Positions 47,990 to 58,158 of a DNA stretch of 64,000 nucleotides are shown piece after piece. A program made the position numbers and the translations under genes. The stretch is taken from assembly GCA_963744995.1 (NCBI GenBank), contig CAVUWA010000004.1, forward strand, positions 605-64,604, in the 5' to 3' direction. Source of the stretch: Candidatus Eiseniibacteriota bacterium (GTDB lineage: Bacteria > Eisenbacteria > RBG-16-71-46). The number at the start of each line of letters is the position of its first letter. The first letter of the stretch is position 1. Under the pieces are notes generated by a model, which saw nothing but the letters and a program-made list of their open reading frames with translations, was not told the DNA's origin and did no database searches.

Positions 47990-50674
47990 TCAGGCCACGC
48001 GGGCCTCCGCGTCGTCCTCGTCATCCATGCCGTCTTCGTCGTCGGCATCGCCGATGGCCACGGCCTCGCGCACGTCCGCCGTCATCGAGCGTTCGTCGCG
48101 CAGACCTTCGATCATCGCCTCCGCCTGCTTGAGCAGGAACTTCAGCGAACCCGCCTTCTCGATCGCCTGATCGACGATCGCCTTCTGTCCCTGCACGGCT
48201 TCGAGCCCCGAGCGCACCTCGACCAGGAATCCGTCGGCGCGGGCGAGCCGCTCTTCGGCCTTGGTCAGCTGGCGGTGACGCTCGTCGATCGAGCTCTCCA
48301 TGTTCTCGATCTCGCGCAGCCTGGCCATCACATCGTCCAGGACGGCGCGGGTCTCTTCGATCTCGCGATTCGCCGTGGTGATGGTACGCACCTCGGACGA
48401 GGTCTTCTCGGCCATGGCGAACATGCGCTCGAGGTCCTTGCGCAGGGTCTTGACCGTGTCCTGCCGCGCCGCGATCTGCTCGAGCGAGCGGGTCACGTCC
48501 TCGTCCACGCTCTGCCAGCGGGCGATGCGCTCCTCGAACTGGCCGAGCCGGCGATCCACGCTGCGCAGGTCCGCGACGCGGGCCTCGAGCGCGGTCGACA
48601 GCTCACCGACCTCGGTGGCCCTCAGGTCGGCAGTGGCGACGGCCTCCGCCAGCTGCGTGGACAGCTCGCCAAGCGCCTCCGCGGACTGGGCCGCCTCCTG
48701 CCGCAGCTTCGAGGCGCGCTGCAGCTTCTGCGACGCGTCTTCGAGCGCCTTCTGCCGCTGCTCGATCTCCTCGCGCAGCGACTGCGTGCGATCGGCGATC
48801 GATTCCACCGACTCGCAGCGGGCCTCGAACGAGGTGACGGCCTCGCCGAGCGCCTCGATCTTGCGCGTGGTCTCGTGGACGCCCTCGACGACGCCGGCGA
48901 TCGTGTTGCTGATGCGCTCGGCTTCGTCCGACTGGTCGTTGAGACCGATGAAGCGCTGCTCCGCGGCGTCCATGCGCGACTGCAGCTCGCGGCCGCGGTC
49001 GTCGAGCTCCGCCGCCAGCGAACCGGCCTCGGCCAGGCGGCCGTGCAGCGCCTCCACGAACTCGCGGCGCGTGGCGATCGACTCCAGCTGCTCGTTCACG
49101 CGCTGCGTCTGGCGCTCCGCGTGCTCGAGGGCAGGGGCCATGTCCTTCAGCGCCCCGACGCGGTCACGCATCTCGCGCAGGGACTGCTCGGTGTCGATCA
49201 GCCAGGTGCGGACCTCGGACTGGTTCTCGCGCATGCGGCCGATCTCGCGGTGCGCCACCTGGGCCTGCTCGATGGTGTCCTTGACCATCGCCTGGGCGCC
49301 GCTCAGTTCGTGCAGGTCGCGCAGCACCGTGTCCACGACGGGGCGCGTTTCTTCGATGCGGGCGACCTTGGTGCCGAGTTCCTCGGCCACGCGGCGTGAC
49401 GCATCGAGCCCCTCGCGCATGACGTGCAGCTTGCGGATCTCGTCGTCGATGCCCGCGGCGTCGACCATGAGGTTCTCGACCTGCGACATCAGCGCGCGGG
49501 TCTGCGCATTGAGTTCGCTCACGGTCTGGCTGGACTCGCGCAGGTCGTGATAGCGGTTCTCGAACTCGGTCAGCGCGCCGCGCAGATCGGCGACCCGCTG
49601 GCTCACCGACTCGAGCCCCTTGCTCTCGAAGTCGAACCGCTCGACCGAATTCCTCGCCTCGTCGCGCGCCGCGTTCAGCTCCTGGCGCATGCCGCCGACC
49701 TGTTCGTCGGTCTGGCGCAGGAGGGAGGTCACCGAGTGCGAACGCTCGACGACCTCTTCGTTCAGCTTGCGCAGGCTCACGACCTCGTCCTGCAGTGAGT
49801 TCAGGCTGCGGGCGTTGTCCTTCTGCTGCTGGACGCCCGCGTCGAGCTTGCGCATCGCCTGCTCGAGCATCTCGGACTGTGCCAGCGCCCGCTCGACCGC
49901 CTCACGCTGCGCTTCGAGCGAGGCGCTCTTCTGGGCCAGCGAGTCCGCCAGCGTCTTCAGCGTGCCGAGTTCGCGCTTCACGTCGTCCACCGTGCTGCGG
50001 ACGCCGTCCATGCCGCGGATCGCCTGCTCGACGCTGAGCACGCGGCGCTCCTTGTCGGTCAGGTCGCGGCTCAACTCCTCACGGCGGCGGTCGAGCGCCT
50101 CCATCTTGGACATGGCGAGCTTGTGGGCATCGGTCAGCCGCTCGTTCTGCTCGCGCATGCGGCCGAGCTGGCCGCTGGTCGCCTCGACCTGGCTGCGCAG
50201 CTCCGCCACGTCATCACGTACGATCTGGAACGGCTTCTCGATTTCGAGGAAGTTCTCGAGACGCTCCTTGAGGTCGCCGGCCAGATCCACCTTCGCGCTC
50301 AGCTCCTCGAAGACCTCGCGGACGCGCTGCGAGTCCTCGGTCACGGAGGCGAGTTTCGCCTGCGCTTCCTCGTGCGTGGCGGCGAGCCGCTCGGATCGCT
50401 CGTCGATCGTCTGGATCTGCGACGAGAGCACCGCCACCGCCTGCAGGCGTTCCTCCATGTCGGTCACCCGCGCGACCATGGCGTCCACGTCTTCGCCGGC
50501 TTTGATCATCGGCTCGCCGAGCGTCCCGAGGCGCTCCGCAGCCGCGTTGGACTTCTCGATCAGAGTCGAGAAGCGCTCGCGCTCCTTGCGCAGTTCGTCG
50601 AGCACGGCGCGAAGCTCAGCCGCACTCTCTCGATCCTTGGAGCCGTTGCCGAACAGGTTCTTCAGAGGCGTCAT
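47990..50674 (-). CDS. Large (895-aa) all-alpha coiled-coil protein with acidic C-terminal tail
   Basis: RBS AGGGAG. MTPLKNLFGNGSKDRE.. It consists of continuous heptad-like E/R/L/A-rich segments with no globular enzymatic motif. It ends AIGDADDEDGMDDEDDAEARVA. Confidence 0.65.
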   Translation of the reverse strand: MTPLKNLFGNGSKDRESAAELRAVLDELRKERERFSTLIEKSNAAAERLGTLGEPMIKAGEDVDAMVARVTDMEERLQAVAVLSSQIQTIDERSERLAATHEEAQAKLASVTEDSQRVREVFEELSAKVDLAGDLKERLENFLEIEKPFQIVRDDVAELRSQVEATSGQLGRMREQNERLTDAHKLAMSKMEALDRRREELSRDLTDKERRVLSVEQAIRGMDGVRSTVDDVKRELGTLKTLADSLAQKSASLEAQREAVERALAQSEMLEQAMRKLDAGVQQQKDNARSLNSLQDEVVSLRKLNEEVVERSHSVTSLLRQTDEQVGGMRQELNAARDEARNSVERFDFESKGLESVSQRVADLRGALTEFENRYHDLRESSQTVSELNAQTRALMSQVENLMVDAAGIDDEIRKLHVMREGLDASRRVAEELGTKVARIEETRPVVDTVLRDLHELSGAQAMVKDTIEQAQVAHREIGRMRENQSEVRTWLIDTEQSLREMRDRVGALKDMAPALEHAERQTQRVNEQLESIATRREFVEALHGRLAEAGSLAAELDDRGRELQSRMDAAEQRFIGLNDQSDEAERISNTIAGVVEGVHETTRKIEALGEAVTSFEARCESVESIADRTQSLREEIEQRQKALEDASQKLQRASKLRQEAAQSAEALGELSTQLAEAVATADLRATEVGELSTALEARVADLRSVDRRLGQFEERIARWQSVDEDVTRSLEQIAARQDTVKTLRKDLERMFAMAEKTSSEVRTITTANREIEETRAVLDDVMARLREIENMESSIDERHRQLTKAEERLARADGFLVEVRSGLEAVQGQKAIVDQAIEKAGSLKFLLKQAEAMIEGLRDERSMTADVREAVAIGDADDEDGMDDEDDAEARVA

Positions 50675-51074
50675 CTCGTTACTCCCTGGGCGCGCCGCCG
50701 GAACGAAGCCGGTCGGCGAGAGGCTGGGGTGGTGGTCGTCGGGTCGATAGGGAAGCGGCGGTGAACCGTGCGGGCGGGCTGTCATGCAAGATGCAGGCCC
50801 CGCGATGCGCGCCGCCCGTTCCGGCGGCGCGCGCGCCCCCTCGGCTTCGAGTGCCGCGCGAGAGTCGTCCCCGAACCCGTTGTCGCGACGAATGTTCGAC
50901 AGCCAGCCGGAATCCGGACCGGCACCCGGCCCCGGCGGCGTCGCGGCCGGTCGGCGGGAAAGCGCCGATCACGAATTCACCGGGGTGGCCGCGATCTGAT
51001 CGAGTGGGCCCGCCCGGGTTTCGCGTTCTGCGCGCCGCCGCAGCCCCCGCTCGCGGCGGCCCGCGCAGGGCCGG

Positions 51075-52313
51075 CTACCAGTGCAGCGCGAGCGCCTCCA
51101 GGCCATGGAAGTGCCAGGTGTCGCGGTAGCGCGGCGCGGCGGCGAGCGCCGGGCGCGGGATCCGCTCGAACAGGACCCGCAACGCGATCGCGATTTCCAT
51201 GCGCGCGAGCGGAGCGCCGAGGCAGAAGTGAATGCCGGCGCCGAAGCTCACATGCGGGTTGGGCGCGCGGGCTGGATCGAAGCGGTCGGGCGCGGCGAAC
51301 CTCTGCGGGTCGCGATTCGCCGCGGCGAGCAGCACCCCGACGCGCTCGCCCTGCCGGATCGCGACGCCGCAGGCCTCGCTGTCCTCGAGCGCCCAGCGCG
51401 TGAACAGATGAAGCGGCGGATCGAAGCGCAGCGTTTCCTCGACCAGCGCCGTGGCGGCTGCGGGCCGGGCCAGCTGCGCCGCCGCGTCCACGCCCGCTTC
51501 GAGGATCGTCTTCACGCCGTTGCCGATCGCGTGCACGGTCGCTTCGTGTCCGGCATTGAGGAGCAGGATCACCGTGGACACCAGCTCGTCCTCGCTCAGG
51601 CGCTCCGCGCCGTCCGGCGTGGCGATGAGACCCGACAGCAGGTCCTCGCCCGGTGCGGCGCGCCGCTCCGCGATCAGCGCACGCACGGCCGCGGAGAACG
51701 CCACCGTCGCCGCGGCGGCGCGGCGCTCGATCGCTTCGTCGCGGCGCGCCTGGTAGATCGCCACCATGTCGTGCGACCACTCGAGCAGCTGCGGCGCCAG
51801 GGCGGATGGCACGCCCAGCATGCCGGCGATCACCCGCACGGGGATGGGCGTGGCGTAGCGCTCGAGCACGTCGGCTTCACCCGCCGCCGCGAACGCATCG
51901 ATGCACTCGTGCGCGATCGCCTCGATCCGCGGCGCGAGCGGCTCGATGCTGCGGGCGGTGAAGGCGCGCTGCACGAGGGCACGCAGGCGCGTGTGCGCCG
52001 GCGGCTCGAGCTCGAGGAGCGAATGGCGCTCGAACGCTTCCACGGGAGCCATGTGCGCCGGGGGTTCCGGCCAGCCGAGCGCTTCACGGCTTGCGACGTG
52101 CAGGATCTGGCGGCCGAAGCGGCGGTCGCGCAGCAGCGCATGGACGTCGGCGTGACGGGCGAAGCAGCGCAGGCCGAGCTCTTCCCAGAACACGGTCGGA
52201 CATTCCCGGTGGAGCGCCGCCCAGAGCGGGTTGGGATCCTGCACGAACGCCGGATCGCGCGGATCGAGCGACAGCGTGCCCGCCCGGGCATCGAGCGCGA
52301 ACGGCGTGCTCAT
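51075..52313 (-). CDS. Cytochrome P450
   Basis: I-helix LLNAGHEATV. ExxR ETLRF. Haem-binding loop FGAGIHFCLGAPLAR. Confidence 0.9.
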   Translation of the reverse strand: MSTPFALDARAGTLSLDPRDPAFVQDPNPLWAALHRECPTVFWEELGLRCFARHADVHALLRDRRFGRQILHVASREALGWPEPPAHMAPVEAFERHSLLELEPPAHTRLRALVQRAFTARSIEPLAPRIEAIAHECIDAFAAAGEADVLERYATPIPVRVIAGMLGVPSALAPQLLEWSHDMVAIYQARRDEAIERRAAAATVAFSAAVRALIAERRAAPGEDLLSGLIATPDGAERLSEDELVSTVILLLNAGHEATVHAIGNGVKTILEAGVDAAAQLARPAAATALVEETLRFDPPLHLFTRWALEDSEACGVAIRQGERVGVLLAAANRDPQRFAAPDRFDPARAPNPHVSFGAGIHFCLGAPLARMEIAIALRVLFERIPRPALAAAPRYRDTWHFHGLEALALHW

Positions 52314-52733
52314 GCGGACCGGCGCCCCGCCGGCGGGCAATCGAGGCGCGTGGACGGAGCGGAAGCGCAGACCGGGGAAGTGAGGGTCATGGCCGCGGCA
52401 ACACACATGGCGCGCCGGAGGGGCCGTGCCCGGGGAGTGGTCCGGAGCCCGGTGGCCCCGGCCTCCGCCCGGTCCCTCGGCGGGACCGCCTGCCGGCGCT
52501 CGGGTGCCGGGGGGCAAATCAGCTTGAATCCGCCCTCCGGGTGGGGCATCCTAACCTTCGATTCGGTAGCAGGTGGAGATTCGAACGAATGTTCGTGACC
52601 GTCCGCGACACCGCAGGCGGTCCTTATTTTTGTGCCGCGTCCCCGTGCCCCCGATGCCGGTCAAGGTGACCGGGCGCCGCCGCGGCGTTTCATGTGCGGC
52701 ACAGCGGGCCTTTGGGGCCCGGAGGATACGAAA

Positions 52734-52934
52734 TTGACGCTCGGAACGGTCAAGTGGTTCAACGAGTCGAAAGGCTTCGGCTTCATCAGTCAGGAGGGCG
52801 GCGAAGACGTGTTCGTCCACTTCTCCGCCATCTCGGGTGAGGGGTTCAAGACCCTCGCCGACGGTGACAAGGTGGAGTTCGACGTCGAGCGAGGCCCGAA
52901 GGGCCTCACGGCGAAGAACGTCCGCAAGGCCTGA
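52734..52934 (+). CDS. Cold-shock protein (CspA family), TTG start
   Basis: [62 protein letters not shown] (RNP1/RNP2 motifs). RBS GGAGGA is 7 nt upstream. The upstream intergenic region of ~420 bp (52314-52733) is consistent with the long 5' UTR typical of csp genes. Confidence 0.85.
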   Translation: MTLGTVKWFNESKGFGFISQEGGEDVFVHFSAISGEGFKTLADGDKVEFDVERGPKGLTAKNVRKA

Positions 52935-52949
52935 AGCAGGTCGATCGGA

Positions 52950-52982
52950 GCGGGCGGCGCATACGCGCCGCCCGTTTTTTTT
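52950..52982 (+). terminator. Canonical rho-independent terminator after csp (stem CGGGCGGCGC-ATAC-GCGCCGCCCG followed by T8)
   Basis: Perfect 10-bp GC stem, 4-nt loop and TTTTTTTT at 52975-52982. It lies 16 nt after the stop. Confidence 0.8.
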
Positions 52983-53106
52983 GTGCAGGGTGCGGGCGCC
53001 ACGCCGGGGCGAAGCTCCTGCGTTCCCGTTCTATACTGCACGGCGCTCCGCCGGCCGTTCGCCCGGCCGGTGCAGGTACCCTTTCACTTTTCCACAGGAG
53101 TCGCCC

Positions 53107-54087
53107 GTGCAATACCGCCATCTTGGCCGCACCGGACTGGTCGTTTCACGGCTCGCGCTCGGCTGCATGAGCTACGGCAGCTCGAAGTGGCGCCCGTGGG
53201 TGCTGGATCCAGATGACGCGCTGCCCTTCTACCGGAGCGCGTTCGACCACGGCATCAACTTCCTCGACACCTCGAACATGTATTCGCTCGGCGCAAGCGA
53301 AGAAGTGACCGGGCGCGCGGTCAAGGAGTACGGCCACCGCGACGAGCTGGTGATCGCGACGAAAGTGTTCTTCCCGATGACCGGGGCCCCCAACATGGGC
53401 GGTCTCTCGCGCAAGAACATCGTGCAGGCGTGCGAGGCGAGCCTCGCGCGGCTCGGTATCGACGCGATCGACCTCTATCAGGTGCATCGCTTCGACCCCG
53501 GGACTCCGATCGAGGAAACGCTCGCCGCGCTCGATCATCTGGTGAGCCGGGGCAAGGTGCGCTACATCGGCGCCAGCTCGACCTCGGCGTGGAAGCTGAT
53601 GCGGGCGCTGGGCGTTTCCGAGCGCAACGGCTGGGCGCGCTTCGTATCGATGCAGAACCACTACAACCTGATCTACCGGGAAGAAGAGCGCGAGATGATG
53701 CCGCTCTGCATCGAGGAAGGACTCGGGGTGATCCCATGGTCGCCGCTCGCGCGCGGCTGGCTGGCGGGCGCCCGCACCAGGGGCGACCATTCCTCCACGA
53801 CGCGCGCCGGTAACGATCCGTTCGCCGACAGCCTCTACGACCAGCCCGGCGACTGGGACGTGGTCGAGGCGACGGCGGCGGTGGCGCAAGCGCGCGGCGT
53901 GTCCATGGCGGAAGTCGCGCTGGCCTGGCTGCTGTCGAGGCCCGGCGTTACGGCCCCGATCGTCGGCGCCACCAAGCGCGGCCATCTGGACGCGGCGGTG
54001 AAGGCCGTCGATCTGGAGCTCACCGCGGCCGAGTGCGAGCGCCTCGAGGCCCCGTATCGGGTGCATCCGGTGCGCGGCTTCCGCTGA
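53107..54087 (+). CDS. Aldo/keto reductase (GTG start)
   Basis: RBS AGGAG. YRHLGRTGLVVSRLALGCMSYG, FLDTSNMYS, LYQVHRFDP, VRYIGASS, IPWSPLARGWLAG. Confidence 0.85.
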   Translation: MQYRHLGRTGLVVSRLALGCMSYGSSKWRPWVLDPDDALPFYRSAFDHGINFLDTSNMYSLGASEEVTGRAVKEYGHRDELVIATKVFFPMTGAPNMGGLSRKNIVQACEASLARLGIDAIDLYQVHRFDPGTPIEETLAALDHLVSRGKVRYIGASSTSAWKLMRALGVSERNGWARFVSMQNHYNLIYREEEREMMPLCIEEGLGVIPWSPLARGWLAGARTRGDHSSTTRAGNDPFADSLYDQPGDWDVVEATAAVAQARGVSMAEVALAWLLSRPGVTAPIVGATKRGHLDAAVKAVDLELTAAECERLEAPYRVHPVRGFR

Positions 54088-54256
54088 GCGGGGGCAGCCC
54101 GGGCCGCGCCGGATCGCGGCACTTCACCTCGGCTTGACGCGCCGCGCGCCCCCGGTGTTGCGCGCGGCAGGTCCGATCTACCAGAATTGCCGTCCGCTGC
54201 CCCGACGGCCCGTCCAGCAGGCGGGCTTCACGACTACGAAGGAGAAAGGCCTGCCC

Positions 54257-55018
54257 ATGAGGATGATCGCCCGCATCGCCGTCGTCGCCGCCGCGCTCGT
54301 CATCGCCGTCACCGTTTTCGGGTGGCACACCGCGTCCGCGCAGATTCCGGACAAATTCAAGAATCTCAAGGTGTTGCCCAAGGACATCACGAAGCGCGAG
54401 CTGGTGGAGATCATGCGCAGCTTCTCCCACGGGCTGGGCGTGCGGTGCGGCGAGTGCCACAAGTCCACGAAGGAAGGTTCGGACCGCCTCGACGATCTCG
54501 ATTTCGCCTCCGACGACAAGCACGAAAAGGTGACCGCGCGCGAGATGATGAAGATGGTCGGATCCATCAACGATCAGATCGCGAAGATGGAGCTCAAGAA
54601 TCCGCCGCGCGTCCAGTGCGTGACCTGCCATCACGGGGTCAAGAGCCCGCGCACCCTGCAGGCGGTGATGATGCGGGAGATGGACAAGGGCGGGATCGAC
54701 GCCGCGATCGAGCGGTATCGCAAACTGCGTGACGACTACTACGGCGCCGCGGCGTACGACTTCTCGCCGGACGCGCTCACTGAGGTGGCCGGCGACGTCG
54801 CCGAGTCGAAGAAGGACTTCGACGGCGCGATCAAGCTGCTGAACCTGAACCTCGAGTTCTATCCGAAGGACTCCAACACGTACGTCACGCTCGGCCGCGT
54901 CCAGCTCGCGAAGGGCGACAAGGCGGCGGCGATCGCGAGCTACGAGAAGGCGCTCGAACTCGATCCGAACAACCGCTGGGCGAAGCAGCAGCTCGAGAGG
55001 GCCAAGAGCGCCGAGTGA
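54257..55018 (+). CDS. Di-haem c-type cytochrome with C-terminal TPR-like region
   Basis: Signal peptide MRMIARIAVVAAALVIAVTVFGWHTASA. Two CxxCH sites (CGECH, CVTCHH). TPR-like C-terminus (AIASYEKALELDPNN). Confidence 0.65.
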   Translation: MRMIARIAVVAAALVIAVTVFGWHTASAQIPDKFKNLKVLPKDITKRELVEIMRSFSHGLGVRCGECHKSTKEGSDRLDDLDFASDDKHEKVTAREMMKMVGSINDQIAKMELKNPPRVQCVTCHHGVKSPRTLQAVMMREMDKGGIDAAIERYRKLRDDYYGAAAYDFSPDALTEVAGDVAESKKDFDGAIKLLNLNLEFYPKDSNTYVTLGRVQLAKGDKAAAIASYEKALELDPNNRWAKQQLERAKSAE

Positions 55019-55449
55019 CGCGACGGAATCGGCTTCTACTGCGCGCGGCCGCGGCGACGATCGTCGTCGCGGTCGCGATTCAGTTCATCCCGGTGGATCG
55101 CTCGAACCCGCCGGTGGACTTCGCGATCGACCCGCCCGCGGACGTCCAGGCGATCCTCGAGCGATCGTGCTACGACTGCCACTCCAACCGGACGCGTTGG
55201 CCGTGGTACAGCCACGTCGCGCCGGTGTCGTGGCTGGTGGCGCGCGACGTGCACGAGGCGCGCGGCGACCTCAATTTCTCCGAGTGGCCGGCCTTCGACT
55301 TCGAGGCCCAGGACCACGCGATGGTCGAGATCGGCAAGCAGATCCGCGGGCGCAAGATGCCGCTGCCGATCTACCTGATCATGCACCCCGACGCACGGCT
55401 CAGCGAGGCCGACCGGCAGCGCCTGCTGGAGTGGGCGCACGTGCCCTGA
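55015..55449 (+). CDS. Haem-binding-domain protein (Haem_bd family), GTG start overlapping the upstream stop
   Basis: TM IVVAVAIQFIPV. CYDCHSNRTRWPWYSHVAPVSWLVARDVHEARGDLNFSEW matches the family core. Confidence 0.65.
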   Translation: MTRRNRLLLRAAAATIVVAVAIQFIPVDRSNPPVDFAIDPPADVQAILERSCYDCHSNRTRWPWYSHVAPVSWLVARDVHEARGDLNFSEWPAFDFEAQDHAMVEIGKQIRGRKMPLPIYLIMHPDARLSEADRQRLLEWAHVP

Positions 55450-55483
55450 GCGCGGCGGGGCCTCGACAGGACGCCGACAGCAT

Positions 55484-55512
55484 GCCGGCCCGCACGCATC
55501 GTGCGGGCCGGC
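55484..55512. terminator. GC-rich hairpin (12-bp perfect stem GCCGGCCCGCAC / GTGCGGGCCGGC) between convergent Haem_bd and hsp20 genes; no clear U-tract
   Basis: Inverted repeat 55484-55495 / 55501-55512 with a 5-nt loop. Confidence 0.35.
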
Positions 55513-55537
55513 TGCGTTCGCGGCAAGGGTGCGTCCG

Positions 55538-55966
55538 TCAGACGTTCTTGATGGGGATCGTATGCGCCTTGGCTTCCGCGGTCTTCGGCAGCACGATCGT
55601 CAGCACGCCGTTCTTGAACGTCGCGGTGACGAGCTTCTCGTCGACGGGGGCGGGCAGCCGCAGGTTGCGGGCGAACGTCCCGTAGGACCGCTCCATCCGG
55701 TACTGGCGGGCGTCCTTCTCCTCGAACTCGTTCTTCTTCTCTCCCCGAATGGTCAGCAGGCCGTTCTGGAACAGGACCTCGATGTCGTTGGGCTCGATGC
55801 CCGGGACCTCGAGCTTCACGGTGAAGGCGTCGGCCTTCTCGGCGAAGTCCAGGTTCGGAACCCAGTCCGAGGCGGACGGCAGGTCGAACAGATCACCCTC
55901 GCGGATGCGATCGAGGAACCGGTCCACCTCCTTGCGGAACGACATCAGGCTGGGGGTCGGGAGCAT
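55538..55966 (-). CDS. Hsp20/alpha-crystallin family small heat-shock protein
   Basis: WVPNLDFAEKADAFTVKLEVPGIEPNDIEVLFQNGLLTIRGEKK...GTFARNLRLPAPVDEKLVTATFKNGVLTIVLPK. Confidence 0.85.
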   Translation of the reverse strand: MLPTPSLMSFRKEVDRFLDRIREGDLFDLPSASDWVPNLDFAEKADAFTVKLEVPGIEPNDIEVLFQNGLLTIRGEKKNEFEEKDARQYRMERSYGTFARNLRLPAPVDEKLVTATFKNGVLTIVLPKTAEAKAHTIPIKNV

Positions 55967-56345
55967 CTCTTTCACGACGCACCTCCGTGCACCGCGCCGT
56001 GGTGTGCGCCGCGCCCGGGCGTGGTCGCGGGCACGGCGGGAGGCGTCGGGAAATGACACCCACCATGCATGGGCAACTTGCATCCGGCGTGCCATGGACG
56101 GAGCGCCGGGGCCGCACCTGAGCGCGGGCGAAATCGCGTGCCGCACGCGTGCTTGCGCGCGTGACCGGGACGGGGTGAACGCCGGAGGGGGAGCCGCAAC
56201 GCTGTCACGATGGCAGGCGCGCTCCGGCATGGCAGCGGCCGCCCGTCGTGCCGCCGTGGCAGCCCCGCGGCGGGCGCCCGGCGCCGGCGTGCTATCCTTG
56301 TCTCTTCCTTTTGCCTCCTGCCTCCGTTCGAACTGGAAATCAGCC

Positions 56346-58148
56346 TTGAATCGAACCCCCGTCTTCCGTGCATTCGCCGCCGCCGCCCTGTTCGCGGCCG
56401 GCGCCGTTCCGGTCCTCCCCGGAACCTCCGCCTCCGCGAGCCTTCCCATTCAGATCGACGGCGACTTCAGCGACTGGAACGGCGCCGCGGCCACCGATCC
56501 GCCCGGGGATGCCGGCGGCTCCGGCATCGACTTCACCCACCTCTGGATCGCCAACGACGAGAACTGGTTGTTCATCCGCTTCGACACGGGGGTCGAGGTG
56601 CAGCCCGACGAAGGGCAGGACATCCGCATCGTGCTCGACACCGACGACGACGCGGGCACGGGCGCGGCGGTCGCGGGCGTGGGCGCCGAGCTGGTGTGGT
56701 CGCTGGGGCAGAGGAGCGGCACGATGTACCTGAACGGCGGGTCGCAGAGCACCAGCCACGCCGCGCTGGGCCTGGACATCTCGCCGACGTCGAGCGGCAC
56801 GGCGTTCGAACTCGCCATCCGCCGTGACGCGAAAGGCTCCGGCAACATGCCGCTCTTCCCGGGGAACGCGGTGCGGGTCGTCATCGCCGACTTCGGTGCG
56901 GGCGGGGACGCCATCGGCGCCGGAACGCTCTACACGTTCGATTCCACGCCGCAGCCGGTCCCGTCCCTGTCGCTTGCGCGCGGCGATCCCGGGCACGTCC
57001 GCATCGCCAGCTACAACACCCTGAACGACGGCCTGTTCGACACCAGTGCCTCCCGTCAGGCCGCCTTCGGTCGGATCCTCGCCGCGGTCGACGCCGACGT
57101 GTGGATCCTCGAAGAGGTCTGGAATCACGACGGTCCGCAGGTCGAGGCCAAGTTCGAACAGCTCCTGCCGACCGGTGCGGGGGAATCCTGGACCGCCGTG
57201 AATCCCCTGCAGGGGATCGTGGTGGTGAGCCGTTTCCCGGTGCTGGAGTCGGCCACGCTGCCGGTCTCGACGCGGGACTGGGTCGCGACGCGCGTGGATC
57301 CGCGCCCCGCGTTCACCACCGACCTGGTCGTGCTCGGGGATCACTGGAAGGCCTACAGTGGCGCCTCCAACGATGCCGCGCGCGAGGACCAGGCGGACGG
57401 CCTGATTCGCTACGTCGCGGACATGCGCGCCGGCACGCTGCTTTCCGTGGCGCCTCAGACCCCGATCGTCGCCGGTGGCGACCTGAACCTCGTCGGCATT
57501 CGCCGTCCGCTCGACACCGCGATCACCGGCGACATCACCGACGAGGCCAAGTGGGGCTCCGATTCGCCGCCCGACTGGGACGGTTCCGATTTCGACGTGG
57601 TGTGGGCGCGTCACCCGGACGCGCGTTTCGTCTACACCTGGCGCAGCGACGGCGGCTCCTACTACCCGGGCAGGCTCGACTGGCTGTTCTACACGGGCAG
57701 CGTGCTCACGCTCGAGAACCACTTCGTGCTGGACACCCGCGGCATGACCCCCGCGAATCTGGCCGCGAACGGGCTGCTGGCCACCGACACGCCCACGGCC
57801 AGCGACCACGCACCGATCGTCGCCGATTTCTCCGCCGGATCGAACGCGGGCGTGCCGGCCCCGGTGGCCGCGGGTCTCTCGCTCGCCGCACGTCCGAATC
57901 CGTTCACCACCTCGACCCGGATCGGTTTCGTGCTGCCGCGCGACGCCGTCATCCGGCTCTCCGTATTCGACGTGAGCGGACGGCTGGTGCGCGTGCTCGA
58001 TCCCGGCAGCGTGCTCGCCGCCGGGCCCCACACCGTGGCGTGGGACGGCCTCGACACCGCCGGCCGCCGCGTCGCGCCGGGCGTCTATCTGGCGGAGCTC
58101 GCCACCGGCTCCGGTCGCATGCTCCGCCGCGTGGTGCGCCTGCGCTGA
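56346..58148 (+). CDS. Secreted endonuclease/exonuclease/phosphatase (EEP) family protein with Por/T9SS-type CTD (start uncertain; TTG 56346 is the first in-frame start)
   Basis: Signal-like region AFAAAALFAAGAVPVLPGTSASA. EEP motifs (IASYNTLNDG, VWILEEVW, ASDHAPIVADF). CTD LAARPNPFTTSTRIGFVLPRDAVIRLSVFDVSGRLVRVLDPG...GVYLAELATGSGRMLRRVVRLR. Confidence 0.7.
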   Translation: MNRTPVFRAFAAAALFAAGAVPVLPGTSASASLPIQIDGDFSDWNGAAATDPPGDAGGSGIDFTHLWIANDENWLFIRFDTGVEVQPDEGQDIRIVLDTDDDAGTGAAVAGVGAELVWSLGQRSGTMYLNGGSQSTSHAALGLDISPTSSGTAFELAIRRDAKGSGNMPLFPGNAVRVVIADFGAGGDAIGAGTLYTFDSTPQPVPSLSLARGDPGHVRIASYNTLNDGLFDTSASRQAAFGRILAAVDADVWILEEVWNHDGPQVEAKFEQLLPTGAGESWTAVNPLQGIVVVSRFPVLESATLPVSTRDWVATRVDPRPAFTTDLVVLGDHWKAYSGASNDAAREDQADGLIRYVADMRAGTLLSVAPQTPIVAGGDLNLVGIRRPLDTAITGDITDEAKWGSDSPPDWDGSDFDVVWARHPDARFVYTWRSDGGSYYPGRLDWLFYTGSVLTLENHFVLDTRGMTPANLAANGLLATDTPTASDHAPIVADFSAGSNAGVPAPVAAGLSLAARPNPFTTSTRIGFVLPRDAVIRLSVFDVSGRLVRVLDPGSVLAAGPHTVAWDGLDTAGRRVAPGVYLAELATGSGRMLRRVVRLR

Positions 58149-58158
58149 CCCCGGCGGC

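Noticed and set aside
52520-52560. Sigma70-like promoter (TTGAAT … TAACCT) upstream of csp
   Set aside because: The spacer would be 23 bp, and the -10 element is poor.
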